A stretch of DNA of 64,000 nt from Bacteroidales bacterium (GCA_038252165.1 JBBSAP010000001.1:1530-65529); one strand, 5' to 3'; positions 15,512-25,015 are shown, numbered from the stretch's first letter. Notes: generated from the sequence alone by a model not told the origin. Made by a program: numbers and translations.

Positions 15512-17623
15512 TTACTTATCCTTAGAATAAACTTCTGTAACCTTGCTTCCCAGGTTTTCTACTACCCGTATTTCTGCCTGACTGACAGCAGTTGAAAGGG
15601 CAATCCGCTTTCCATAAGGGTGAATGCTTATTCCTGCGATTTGATAATTCTTTGATTGCCAGACTCTTTCCGGCGTGCCTCCTTCTGCAGGAATGCGGCA
15701 TAATATTGATTTTACCATTGGAGCCTGAGCGGAAAAATAAATATATTTTCCGTCAGGTGATAAATTAATTCTCTTGTACATTCCTCCTTCAAAACTGGCA
15801 ACACATAATATTCTGACTTCTCCTCCGTCTTCAGGAATACTCAAAAGATGAGATTCGCCTTCTTTTAACTTTACTGGTCCGTCAGTATTTGCTATACCGT
15901 TGAATAAAAGGTGCTTGCCATCAAAAGATCTCTTTAAAGTCGGGTCGAAGAATAAATCTTTATTTGTAAAAAGGATTTTTTCCTCTCCTGTATTAATATT
16001 ATGTTTTATAATGTGATTGTCACTTATGTAATAAATATTTTCCCCCTCTTTATCCCACTCAACACAGCCACCATTTGTGTTAATTTTTTGCTTAACCTTA
16101 ATTTCAACCGGTAATCCGGTTTTAATATCAATGGAATAGATTCCTCCATGATAGGTTTTATCTTCTGAACGTAGTTTGTCAATCCCGAATGACAGCACTG
16201 ATTTACCATCAGTTGAAATTTTGGGACCTCCTTTAATATCCAGATTATCTGCCAGGATTCGGCTCTCTCCGGATTTGCTGTTGTACACAATAAGTTTGAA
16301 AATCCAGTCCTCTGTGTATTTTCTGCAGATCAGCGATTCTCCGTCAGATAACCAGGTAATATCAAAGATGGGACCTGAAAATGCTGTCCGCGGAGTATCG
16401 GATAATTTTCCGGTGCTTTGATCAAGAGATAAAGCAAAAGATTCGAAAATATCCGATTTTATACCATAATATAGTGATCCATACCGTGTAAAACCTATGA
16501 TGGAGGTTATATCCCCGACATTTGTCAGTATCCGTTCCGGTACATCAACTGGTTTCTCTCCGGTAGTATTTACAGCCCAGATATCGGTTGTGTTTGAACG
16601 ATCGCTGGTAAACAACAATTCATTTCTTCCCGGCATCCAACCAAGAAGCCGGTCATTTGAAGGATTATTAATAAGCGGTTGTTCCTTATTTGAATCTAGT
16701 GACAGCAGGTATATATCATACATGTCTTTGTCAGAAGGATTTGGGAAATCAAAAGCTATCTGTTTTTCATCCGGAGCCAATGATAAATTAACCATTGAAG
16801 AAAGCCCGGGTACTTTTTCTTTCAGCACCTTTACTTCCTTGTTTGTGACATCAATTAAAGATAGTTGCCATTTCTGGTTTTTTTCATCTGACTCCTGGAA
16901 GATAATTTTCTTACCATCTGCAAACCACAATTCAGGAACCGGGTATTCATTTGTACCGCAGAAGTAAATGGAAACATAGGTTTGTGTGCCTAACTCCATT
17001 AATCTTAATTCCCAGACACCTTTTTCATTGTACCAACCATAAGCAACCTTCTTACCATCCGGAGATATCAGACTAAATAAAGCATATTGTACCGGACCTT
17101 TCCAGTTGCCTTCTTTCGTCAGAGGCTTATTCTCACCGGTTTTCAGATTCCTTATTGCCAGGTTCCCGGTATTCCAGTCAGTAAAGGTAAGATATTCCCC
17201 ATCAGCCGATACACTGCCTAACATATCTACCTGTGGTCCTGCCCAGACCTGTCTTAATGCAATTTCTTTGGTTGATCCGATTTTTATTAACCTTGCCAGT
17301 CTTTCCATGGCAGCTGCAACTTCATTTTTTTGTGCCGGGAAATTACTGACCAACCGCTGATATGCTTTTACTGCTTCCTTCGTTCCAAGCTTTTCATAGC
17401 ACATGCCGATATGCAACAGTGCCTTCGCTTGCAGTGATTGATCGGCATTTGAATTATCTGCGATCTGATTATACAGGTTGATTGCATCCAGCAGCGCGCC
17501 TTCACCTTCTTCCTTAACCAGACCTTTCTGATATAATTGTTCTGGAGTCTGGGCTTTTGAAGAATGTACGTTTACAGTAACCAGGGCTGTAACAAGAATG
17601 ATTATAACAAAGATTGGTTTCAT
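15512..17623 (-). CDS. Secreted TPR + PD40/TolB-like beta-propeller repeat protein, cassette 3
   Basis: Signal peptide (..VHSSKAQT). TPR (LQAKALLHIGMCYEKLG). SPDGK/SADGE/STDGK blades. Confidence 0.75.
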   Translation of the reverse strand: MKPIFVIIILVTALVTVNVHSSKAQTPEQLYQKGLVKEEGEGALLDAINLYNQIADNSNADQSLQAKALLHIGMCYEKLGTKEAVKAYQRLVSNFPAQKNEVAAAMERLARLIKIGSTKEIALRQVWAGPQVDMLGSVSADGEYLTFTDWNTGNLAIRNLKTGENKPLTKEGNWKGPVQYALFSLISPDGKKVAYGWYNEKGVWELRLMELGTQTYVSIYFCGTNEYPVPELWFADGKKIIFQESDEKNQKWQLSLIDVTNKEVKVLKEKVPGLSSMVNLSLAPDEKQIAFDFPNPSDKDMYDIYLLSLDSNKEQPLINNPSNDRLLGWMPGRNELLFTSDRSNTTDIWAVNTTGEKPVDVPERILTNVGDITSIIGFTRYGSLYYGIKSDIFESFALSLDQSTGKLSDTPRTAFSGPIFDITWLSDGESLICRKYTEDWIFKLIVYNSKSGESRILADNLDIKGGPKISTDGKSVLSFGIDKLRSEDKTYHGGIYSIDIKTGLPVEIKVKQKINTNGGCVEWDKEGENIYYISDNHIIKHNINTGEEKILFTNKDLFFDPTLKRSFDGKHLLFNGIANTDGPVKLKEGESHLLSIPEDGGEVRILCVASFEGGMYKRINLSPDGKYIYFSAQAPMVKSILCRIPAEGGTPERVWQSKNYQIAGISIHPYGKRIALSTAVSQAEIRVVENLGSKVTEVYSKDK

Positions 17624-17650
17624 TTTTTGGTCCTCCTTTTAATTTTATTA

Positions 17651-17658
17651 CAAAACTA
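17651..17658 (-). promoter_or_regulatory. Bacteroidota -7 box candidate (TAGTTTTG) upstream of propeller gene 3
   Basis: Exact TAnnTTTG on the minus strand, 28 nt upstream of the ATG at 17623. Confidence 0.3.
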
Positions 17659-17865
17659 CGGCGACCAGAAATGCCCGTTGTCACGAAAAAGTATAAGTTA
17701 TGTAAAAATTGTGTCATGGCAAAAACAAATCAACTTGTTTCCAATTCCAAGTGTAAGTGGGTTTTTTGTTTGTAGACAAGACATTTGAAATATCTAACCT
17801 TCTCAAGGATATTACCCAGGTATATAAGCTATTTTATCAGCTCCAATTGTCTGAAAGGGAAGAAA

Positions 17866-18744
17866 CTAATTAAAATATTTTTCGTATTCAGCTGGAAAGG
17901 TTTCCAGATTTCTGATTTTTATATCCTTGTAATATACTTCAGAAGCTTCGCTCTGAATCTGTATTTTGCCTTTTACAAGTTGCAAAAAACTGCCATTCTC
18001 AAAATGCCGCGAGTTTTCAAGTACCATTACCACATGGCCATTTACAATATGCAGGCTCCTGCCATTAAAGCATATAAGGTCGATATTGTTCCATTCACCT
18101 GGCATTTCGTAGTTTGCGCTTCTCATGCAGAAACCTGTCTTAGCACCTTGCCCGAATGGAATAAATGGTTGGGACTCATCTGCCACTGAACACATTACTG
18201 ATTCAGGAATGTAAGCCCGGATATCAATGGCCGACATTTTCTGGCTCCAGAAATCTCCCATATGACCTTCCATTATCTGGAACTCCTGTGAGAGCATCCA
18301 CGAACGCCAGTAGTCTTCTCCTATCGGCCCGATTGAATGATACATGATACCAGAATCTTTTAATAATTTTTTTCTGGGGTCCCATTTTATATCACCCCAT
18401 TTTACCTTAAGTTTCAGATGATAATTGGAATATTCCTCCTTTGAAACCAGGCAACCATAGATTTCCCCGCTGATCCTTATTACAGGTTCATTGTTTTCTT
18501 CTATAATAGTAAAAACATCATACCCCGGCTGGTTAAAACCAACAGGGGCAATTTCATTGCCATCCTTGTCCCTGGGAACCGATCCGTTATATCCGACCAT
18601 GTGACGGTAGCTGAGGTAATTGTCCCAGTTTGACAGCTTTTTATCAATAAGGGTAGTCCATTTCTCTTCCTTTTTGCATGAAAATAAAATTACTGAACTT
18701 AAAATGACGATTGTGAGTCTTCGAAAAAGGATTGATTCTGTCAT
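17866..18744 (-). CDS. DUF1080 (3-keto-disaccharide hydrolase-like) domain protein, secreted
   Basis: Signal or lipoprotein N-terminus (..ILFSC). DUF1080 pattern: LSNWDNY, YHLKLKVKWG, DSGIMYH, EFQIMEG, GEWNNIDLICFNGRSLHIVNG, KGKIQIQSE..VYYKDIKIRNL. Confidence 0.7.
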   Translation of the reverse strand: MTESILFRRLTIVILSSVILFSCKKEEKWTTLIDKKLSNWDNYLSYRHMVGYNGSVPRDKDGNEIAPVGFNQPGYDVFTIIEENNEPVIRISGEIYGCLVSKEEYSNYHLKLKVKWGDIKWDPRKKLLKDSGIMYHSIGPIGEDYWRSWMLSQEFQIMEGHMGDFWSQKMSAIDIRAYIPESVMCSVADESQPFIPFGQGAKTGFCMRSANYEMPGEWNNIDLICFNGRSLHIVNGHVVMVLENSRHFENGSFLQLVKGKIQIQSEASEVYYKDIKIRNLETFPAEYEKYFN

Positions 18745-18971
18745 GTCAAAGATTATTTTACATTAGAAGCAAAACAAAGCTGCGTTCAACAAAATTCAGG
18801 TTAAAGAATTACAAAATCAAAAATAGGAAAAAGTTATAATAAACCCATACATTAACTGAGGGTGTTGAGTATCTTCTCATGATCCTCATGGGGTTACAGC
18901 CTAAGGAAAAAGCCCTGCATCCGCCTTCGGCATATTCTGTGTAGGTAAGGATTTTTCACCCCCCTTCTTTT

Positions 18972-20102
18972 CTAAAGTTGCTTGCCCGTAAGCAGTCTTA
19001 ACATATTTCCCATCATCTTTCGCTTGCTTACTTTGTCGCTCAATATGCCCAGATACAGCATCGCCGCATTCCTGGGAGGAATCGTTTTTTTAGTCTTTTC
19101 CAGAAGACTAAGCGCTTCTTTATTGCAAGTAGTAACACATAGACCACATCCAATGCATCGATCAAGATCAATAATTGCTTTTTTATTTTCAATTTGAATA
19201 GCCTCCATCTGACATCTCTTAACACAAAGCGTGCAGCCATTACACAATTCATCCTCTACTTTTGCATAAAAATTATGCGCAATTAATTCAGCAGGCTTGT
19301 CGTATTTTTTTGCGGAGGTCAATACACCACAGCAACACCCGCAACAAAGGCAGATACAAAATGGTTGAAGTGAATTACCGGGTTGCAAGACCAATCCTTC
19401 CCGTTCAGCCCGGTTAATGATTTCCATGCACTCGTCTTTAGTGATGGTTCTGGCCTTTCCCCTGTCTAAATAACTTTTCGCATCAAACATCAAACAAACT
19501 TCGATATCTTTAGTTTGTTTGCAGGGCTTACCAAGTATTGCCTCCCCTTCCTTGCATACGCAATTTGTCACCTGTATGGACTTGTCTGTCTTCTCCACAA
19601 TTTGCCGCATATTATCGTATGTGGCAATATTAAATTCCGGGACAATAGCCTTCATATGTGGACTTGTACGTAACTGCGGCAATGAAGACCTAAAAAATTC
19701 ATCATTAAAACCCTCATCGAAGTACTGATGAACCAGCTCCATCATTTCTTTGCTTAAGTCACCTAGCTGATATTCAAACATCCCAATGGCAAGCATTGCA
19801 TTACTATATTTGAATGGCTCCATATTGGACCTGCTGATAGCACCTTTCATAAACATATCATGAAGTATTGTTTCTACCTTATCGGGCTCGTACGAAATCT
19901 TGAATTTTTTTTCAAGTCTTTTCCTTACCGTTGCCACGGAAGCATTTCCCAGACTCAAGCAAAGTGCCACTTTTACCTCGATGGATGTAAAAAGTAATTG
20001 TAGGATCCTTATTTCTACTCCTGAATTTGTTTTAGGATACCCAATGGGCATCTTATCGAGATGTTCCTGTAACTGTCTGTAATACGTAATTTCTGAATCC
20101 AT
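18972..20102 (-). CDS. Cys-rich Fe-S protein with C-terminal 2x[4Fe-4S] ferredoxin motifs
   Basis: CNGCTLCVKRC and CIGCGLCVTTC, plus CVCKEGEAILGKPC and FCICLCCGCCCG clusters. Specific function not recognised. Confidence 0.6.
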   Translation of the reverse strand: MDSEITYYRQLQEHLDKMPIGYPKTNSGVEIRILQLLFTSIEVKVALCLSLGNASVATVRKRLEKKFKISYEPDKVETILHDMFMKGAISRSNMEPFKYSNAMLAIGMFEYQLGDLSKEMMELVHQYFDEGFNDEFFRSSLPQLRTSPHMKAIVPEFNIATYDNMRQIVEKTDKSIQVTNCVCKEGEAILGKPCKQTKDIEVCLMFDAKSYLDRGKARTITKDECMEIINRAEREGLVLQPGNSLQPFCICLCCGCCCGVLTSAKKYDKPAELIAHNFYAKVEDELCNGCTLCVKRCQMEAIQIENKKAIIDLDRCIGCGLCVTTCNKEALSLLEKTKKTIPPRNAAMLYLGILSDKVSKRKMMGNMLRLLTGKQL

Positions 20103-20539
20103 GACTTAATGATACGAAATAAAGTATAAAGATCATAAATATAGTCCAGAACCTCAATCTCCACATTTCATATCTATGCTGCCGCTGAAATCGTGGCTCA
20201 ACTTAACCAGAATTTTCATTAACCTCAAAAGTAAACCCCTTGTATCTCGCAAAGTCACAATAAAAGGGGTCTTCAAACCCGAAAGCTTTCGTGGGGCTAA
20301 AAAGAAGAGGATTGCTCTCTACACTAGCGATCCTCTTGGGGGAGCTTAGCAAAGAAAAGGCCTTGCATCCGCCTGTAATTAATGCCATGATCCACTTCTA
20401 CCGGGTGCAAGTTTTGTAACGGAAAACATTTTTGCGAGTATAATTGCAGATCTGATTGTTTTTGATAAAAGATTTGAGGTAAAACTGGTCTGCTGCAATG
20501 GAGTATTTATTTGATTTTTTTAATTTATTGTTAGTTTGA

Positions 20540-20547
20540 TATATTTG
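20540..20547 (+). promoter_or_regulatory. Bacteroidota -7 box candidate (TATATTTG) upstream of ROK-MFS-SIS genes
   Basis: Exact TAnnTTTG 43 nt upstream of the ATG at 20590. TTTG at 20510-20513 could serve as the -33 element. Confidence 0.3.
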
Positions 20548-20589
20548 TAATATTCAGAATAATATTTTCCTACCTTCACCTATTAAACT

Positions 20590-21570
20590 ATGTCATTATT
20601 AGGTATTGACCTGGGAGCAACAAAAATTGCATTTGCCATCTTCGGTGAGGATGGGTCCATTTTATCCAATGAGACTGTTCTTCTGGAACATAGTTCAGGC
20701 AATAAAGTTGGTAAGCTGATTACGGACCGTATTACATATCTTTTATCTTCCTCGGAAAGACTGGGAAGTAAAATTAGTTCTATAGGCATCTCTGTCCCTG
20801 GCATAAATCATGATAAAACCGGGACTGTCTGGGCTCCGAATATTCCGGGATGGAATGATTATCCGCTTTTAAAGGAGGTCAAATCAGTATCAGGCGATAT
20901 CCCTGTTACAATTGACAGTGACAGAGCTTGTTACATTCTTGGAGAGTTATGGCAGGGCAATGCCAGAGGATGTCGTAACGCTATTTTTCTTTCAGTGGGA
21001 ACCGGCATAGGTGCAGGCATTCTGATTAATGGTGAAATACTTCGTGGCAGCAACGATATTGCCGGTGCAATCGGATGGATGGCATTGAACATACCCTATG
21101 ACAAGAAATATAAATCCTGTGGTTGTTTTGAATATAATGCTTCCGGGGAAGGTCTTGCAAAAGTCACTCGTGAGTTTCTCAGGGAACAAAGACATTATGC
21201 AGGTGAACTGAAAAATAAACCTGCCGGTGAAATAACCTCTTATGATATTTTTTCAGCTTATGAGAATAATGACCCTTTGGCAATTAAGGTCATTAACCAG
21301 AGTATTATTTTCTGGGGAATGGCAATAGCAAACATTGTAAGCCTTTTTAATCCCGATAAAATAATAATTGGCGGCGGATTATTCGGTCCGGCGAAACGAT
21401 TTATGCCGGCAATCAGGAAAGAGGCTGCCAGATGGGCACAACCGATCAGCAGTAAACAGGTGGATATCGAAAATTCTGCATTATCAGGCGATGCCGGAGT
21501 TTTTGGTGCAGCATATCTGGCTTTGCAAAAATTAAACAATCTCAGTCAGGATAAAAAAAATAATGTATAA
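20590..21570 (+). CDS. ROK-family sugar kinase
   Basis: LLGIDLGATKIAFAIF phosphate-1 motif, GTGIGAGILINGE, Cys-containing ROK region (KSCGCFEYNASGEG). Confidence 0.85.
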   Translation: MSLLGIDLGATKIAFAIFGEDGSILSNETVLLEHSSGNKVGKLITDRITYLLSSSERLGSKISSIGISVPGINHDKTGTVWAPNIPGWNDYPLLKEVKSVSGDIPVTIDSDRACYILGELWQGNARGCRNAIFLSVGTGIGAGILINGEILRGSNDIAGAIGWMALNIPYDKKYKSCGCFEYNASGEGLAKVTREFLREQRHYAGELKNKPAGEITSYDIFSAYENNDPLAIKVINQSIIFWGMAIANIVSLFNPDKIIIGGGLFGPAKRFMPAIRKEAARWAQPISSKQVDIENSALSGDAGVFGAAYLALQKLNNLSQDKKNNV

Positions 21571-22717
21571 TAAGCGACTTGTTTTCTGGGCAGCATGCAT
21601 CGGGATGCTTTTTTTCGGAGTAGCATTGATCACTCTTGGTTCTGTAGTCCCTGATCTCCGCGAAAAGTTAAAAATTGATGAAGTATCTTCCGGGACGTTG
21701 TTTACAATATTACCATTCGGCATTCTGGCCGGTTCACTACTCTTTGGCCCGATCGTCGACAGGTACGGTTACAAAATTCTGCTGGCTGTTTCGTGCCTGT
21801 TATTGTTTTTCGGATTTGAAGGAATTGCATTTGCACCATCTCAGAACCTGATAAGAATTTTTGTTTTGCTTGTCGGATTCAGCGGTGGTGTGATTAATGG
21901 TGCAACCAATGCTCTGGTGGCTGATATAAGCGATAAGGACAAAGGGGCTAATCTAAGTCTCCTTGGGGTTTTTTTCGGTATCGGCGCTCTGGGAATGCCT
22001 CTGGTGCTTGGGTTGCTTAAAAATCGCTTTAATTTTGAAGTGATAGTAGTTTCAGTAGGGATGATTACCCTTGCTGCCGGAATATTCTTTCTCTTTATTG
22101 CATTCCCTTCTCCCAAGCAAAAGCAGGGATTGCCGCTTACTCACAGTCTGAAACTTTTAAAGGATGATGTTATAATCCTGATTGCTTTTTTTCTTTTCTT
22201 CCAAAGCAGTCTTGAAGGGATTATTAATAACTGGACAACGACTTACCTTATTAACCAACTCGCAATTAAACAAAGCAATGCACTTTATGCACTTTCATCA
22301 TTTGTAGCTGGTATGGCAATAATGAGATTAATTACAGGCAGTATTTTACGAGCTGTTTCAGAGAAGAAAATATTGTTTGTCTCCTTCTTCCTGATATTGC
22401 TGGGATTAATATTATTAAAAACAGCTAATGGAATTAGCATGTCTGTTATAAGTTTATTCATTATGGGTACAGGACTGGCAGGAGGCTTTCCTATTATGCT
22501 GGGATTTACCGGGAATCGTTTTAAGGAACTTTCCGGGACCGCGTTCAGTATGGTGCTCTCTGTCGGGTTGCTTGGCAATATGCTGATCAACTATGGGATG
22601 GGATTGATAGCAAAGAACTTTGGGATTCAGCATCTGACAACTGTAGCATTTATTGAATTTGTTGCTTTGACAGTCCTGGTAATAATTATTGTCAATAAAC
22701 TAGAAAAAAGCAAGTAA
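21563..22717 (+). CDS. MFS sugar transporter
   Basis: About 12 hydrophobic helices; GPIVDRYGYK-type loop motif. Overlaps the ROK gene by 8 nt. Confidence 0.8.
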   Translation: MYNKRLVFWAACIGMLFFGVALITLGSVVPDLREKLKIDEVSSGTLFTILPFGILAGSLLFGPIVDRYGYKILLAVSCLLLFFGFEGIAFAPSQNLIRIFVLLVGFSGGVINGATNALVADISDKDKGANLSLLGVFFGIGALGMPLVLGLLKNRFNFEVIVVSVGMITLAAGIFFLFIAFPSPKQKQGLPLTHSLKLLKDDVIILIAFFLFFQSSLEGIINNWTTTYLINQLAIKQSNALYALSSFVAGMAIMRLITGSILRAVSEKKILFVSFFLILLGLILLKTANGISMSVISLFIMGTGLAGGFPIMLGFTGNRFKELSGTAFSMVLSVGLLGNMLINYGMGLIAKNFGIQHLTTVAFIEFVALTVLVIIIVNKLEKSK

Positions 22718-22738
22718 ATATTTAAATGTCAATTAACT

Positions 22739-23500
22739 ATGTTAGCAAAACAATGGCTTGAAAACGCAAGGGGAGTAATGACCCGGATTGAAGAAACGCA
22801 GATGGATAATATCAGACAATCAGCCGAACTGATGGCAAACACAATTGAATGTAAAAGGTGGGTTCATACATTCGGGTGCGGGCATGCAACATTACCTATA
22901 GAGGAGATGTATCCGAGGATTGGAGGTTTTGTTGGATTTCATCCAATGATCGAATTGCCTCTTTCATTCTTCACTCGAATTACTGGTGAGATGGGAGTTC
23001 ATCAATTTGTTTTTCTCGAGCGTGTTGAGGGTTACGGAAATGAAATAATGAAGGGGTATGATTTTGATACCCGCGATATTATGTGGCTTTTTTCACACTC
23101 GGGGATTAACAATGTGAATATTGATATTGCTCTGGAAGCAAAAAAGAAGGGGATGAAAGTAATAGTATTCGGATCTGCCGCAAATGCAAAAGGGAAGCAG
23201 ACAAGGCACTCTTGCGGAAAAACAATTTTTGACCTGGCAGATATTGTTGTTGACACCTGTGCTCCGCTTGAAGATGCTTCAGTAACACTAAAGAATCACC
23301 AGGATAAGATTGGCCCCGTTTCTACAATGGCATTCATTACCTGTGTCTGGATGACAATAACAACCGTCGCAGAAATCCTGGCCGACAGGGGTGTGAAACT
23401 CTATATCCATCCTTCTCATAATGTACCGGGCGATGGCACTGCAAAACAGCGTCTTGATGAAGCTCTGGCAGAATACAAACAAAGAATAGCTGGGGTATAA
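22739..23500 (+). CDS. SIS-domain protein (UPF0309-like sugar phosphate isomerase/binding)
   Basis: VHTFGCGHATLPIEEMYPRIGGF and SHSGINNVNIDIALEAKKKGMKVI resemble the UPF0309/SIS family. Confidence 0.65.
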   Translation: MLAKQWLENARGVMTRIEETQMDNIRQSAELMANTIECKRWVHTFGCGHATLPIEEMYPRIGGFVGFHPMIELPLSFFTRITGEMGVHQFVFLERVEGYGNEIMKGYDFDTRDIMWLFSHSGINNVNIDIALEAKKKGMKVIVFGSAANAKGKQTRHSCGKTIFDLADIVVDTCAPLEDASVTLKNHQDKIGPVSTMAFITCVWMTITTVAEILADRGVKLYIHPSHNVPGDGTAKQRLDEALAEYKQRIAGV

Positions 23501-23748
23501 TGTCGGGTATGAGAGCGGATTCTGCTGAAGTCATTGATTATATTGACTTTATGTAAAAGGAGCTCAGGTTATACCTGGGAAACCAATGGCACCACTGGAA
23601 CTACATCGACAATCTTGCAAGTATTCATCTTAAAAAAGGATTGCAAACATTCACCATTCACACTGTTGAAATAGGACAGATGAATTATGATTTCATAAAC
23701 TTTCAAAAAGTAAATTAAAAGCAGTTAATTAAATATTAAAATCTGATT

Positions 23749-24765
23749 ATGAAAAAATCGGCAATATTATGTCTAATGCTTATTTGCTTGTTTCCTTTAT
23801 GCTGCAAAATTAATGCACAAGATATCTCAGCTAATGAACAATGCAAAAAACTTGGAAGAGGAGTAAATATCATCGGGTATGACAAGGAATTATGGAAAGA
23901 CTATACCAAAGGTCGTTTCAAAGAAAAGTATTTTAAAATGATCAAAGAGGCAGGGTTTTCTAACATCCGTGTTAATCTGCATCCTTTTTCAAATATGGAC
24001 AGCACATATAAAATCAATTCCAGATGGCTGGAAACTTTGGATTGGGTGGTAAAAAGGGGTATTGAAGCCAACCTCATGATTATTCTTGATATGCACGAAT
24101 ACAATGCTATGGCGGCTGATCCGGTTGCAAAAAAGGAAATGTATCTTTCTGTATGGAAGCAACTGGCTCCAAGATATAAAGACCAGCCAAACAATGTGTT
24201 ATTTGAAATACTAAACGAACCAAATCAGAAGCTTACTCCGGAGCTATGGAATGCGTTTCTGATTGATGCAATAAAAATAATCCGTAAGACCAACCTCAAC
24301 CGGACACTTATAATTGGTCCTGCTAACTGGAACGGAATAGAGTCTTTACCGACCCTGGTTTTGCCTGAGGAGGATAAAAACATAATTGTTACTGTCCATT
24401 TTTATCACCCGATGAAATTTACACATCAGGGTGCACCCTGGTCTAAAGAAAATGTGATATATAATGGTATAACATGGACTGGCACGAAGGAGGAAAAAGC
24501 AGATGTTGACAAGAGATTGCAGGTAGCTGCTGATTGGTCAGAAGCAAATAACCGTCCGATATTTTTAGGTGAATTTGGGTCTTATGATAAAGGTGACATG
24601 GAATCCCGTGCCCGTTACACGGCCTATGTTTCCCGCACAGCTGAAAGATTAGGATTTAGCTGGGCTTACTGGCAGTTTGACAGCGATTTTATCGTTTATG
24701 ATATTGATAAAGAAAAATGGGTTGTGCCTATTTTGAATACCCTGACAGATAAATTGTCCAAATAG
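23749..24765 (+). CDS. Glycoside hydrolase family 5 (endoglucanase/mannanase type), secreted
   Basis: Signal peptide. Acid/base FEILNEPN. Nucleophile FLGEFGS. WAYWQF near the C-terminus. Confidence 0.85.
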   Translation: MKKSAILCLMLICLFPLCCKINAQDISANEQCKKLGRGVNIIGYDKELWKDYTKGRFKEKYFKMIKEAGFSNIRVNLHPFSNMDSTYKINSRWLETLDWVVKRGIEANLMIILDMHEYNAMAADPVAKKEMYLSVWKQLAPRYKDQPNNVLFEILNEPNQKLTPELWNAFLIDAIKIIRKTNLNRTLIIGPANWNGIESLPTLVLPEEDKNIIVTVHFYHPMKFTHQGAPWSKENVIYNGITWTGTKEEKADVDKRLQVAADWSEANNRPIFLGEFGSYDKGDMESRARYTAYVSRTAERLGFSWAYWQFDSDFIVYDIDKEKWVVPILNTLTDKLSK

Positions 24766-24976
24766 AATAAGTTTAAGTTAGCTTAGCACATCCATCTGGG
24801 CATGCTAAACAAAGAAAAAGCCCTGCATCTCCCTTTTACATCTACATAAATAAACCAAGTGTATTTTCCCCCTCTTTACGAAGTAGAGAGGGGGAGAAAG
24901 GGGGTGAGTTCATGAACTTAAAGAGGATTACAGTTCGCTTCGCTCACTGTGATCCTCTAAGGTGGTGCTTAACACC

Positions 24977-25010
24977 GAAAAAGCCCTGCCGTTTCACGGC
25001 AAGGCTTTTT
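24977..25010. terminator. Bidirectional hairpin terminator downstream of tRNA-Met
   Basis: AGCCCTGCCG - TTTCA - CGGCAAGGCT (9 of 10 bp) flanked by A5 and T5 runs. Confidence 0.6.
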
Positions 25011-25015
25011 CTTTG

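Noticed and set aside
17785-18189. 134-aa plus-strand ORF overlapping the DUF1080 gene
   Set aside because: It is antisense to a gene with clear DUF1080 motifs, and it has low-complexity hydrophobic content.
20203-20388. 61-aa minus-strand ORF in the 487-bp spacer upstream of the ROK gene
   Set aside because: It covers hairpins and the 45-nt repeat copy (20329-20373). It has no start context or motifs and is probably non-coding.
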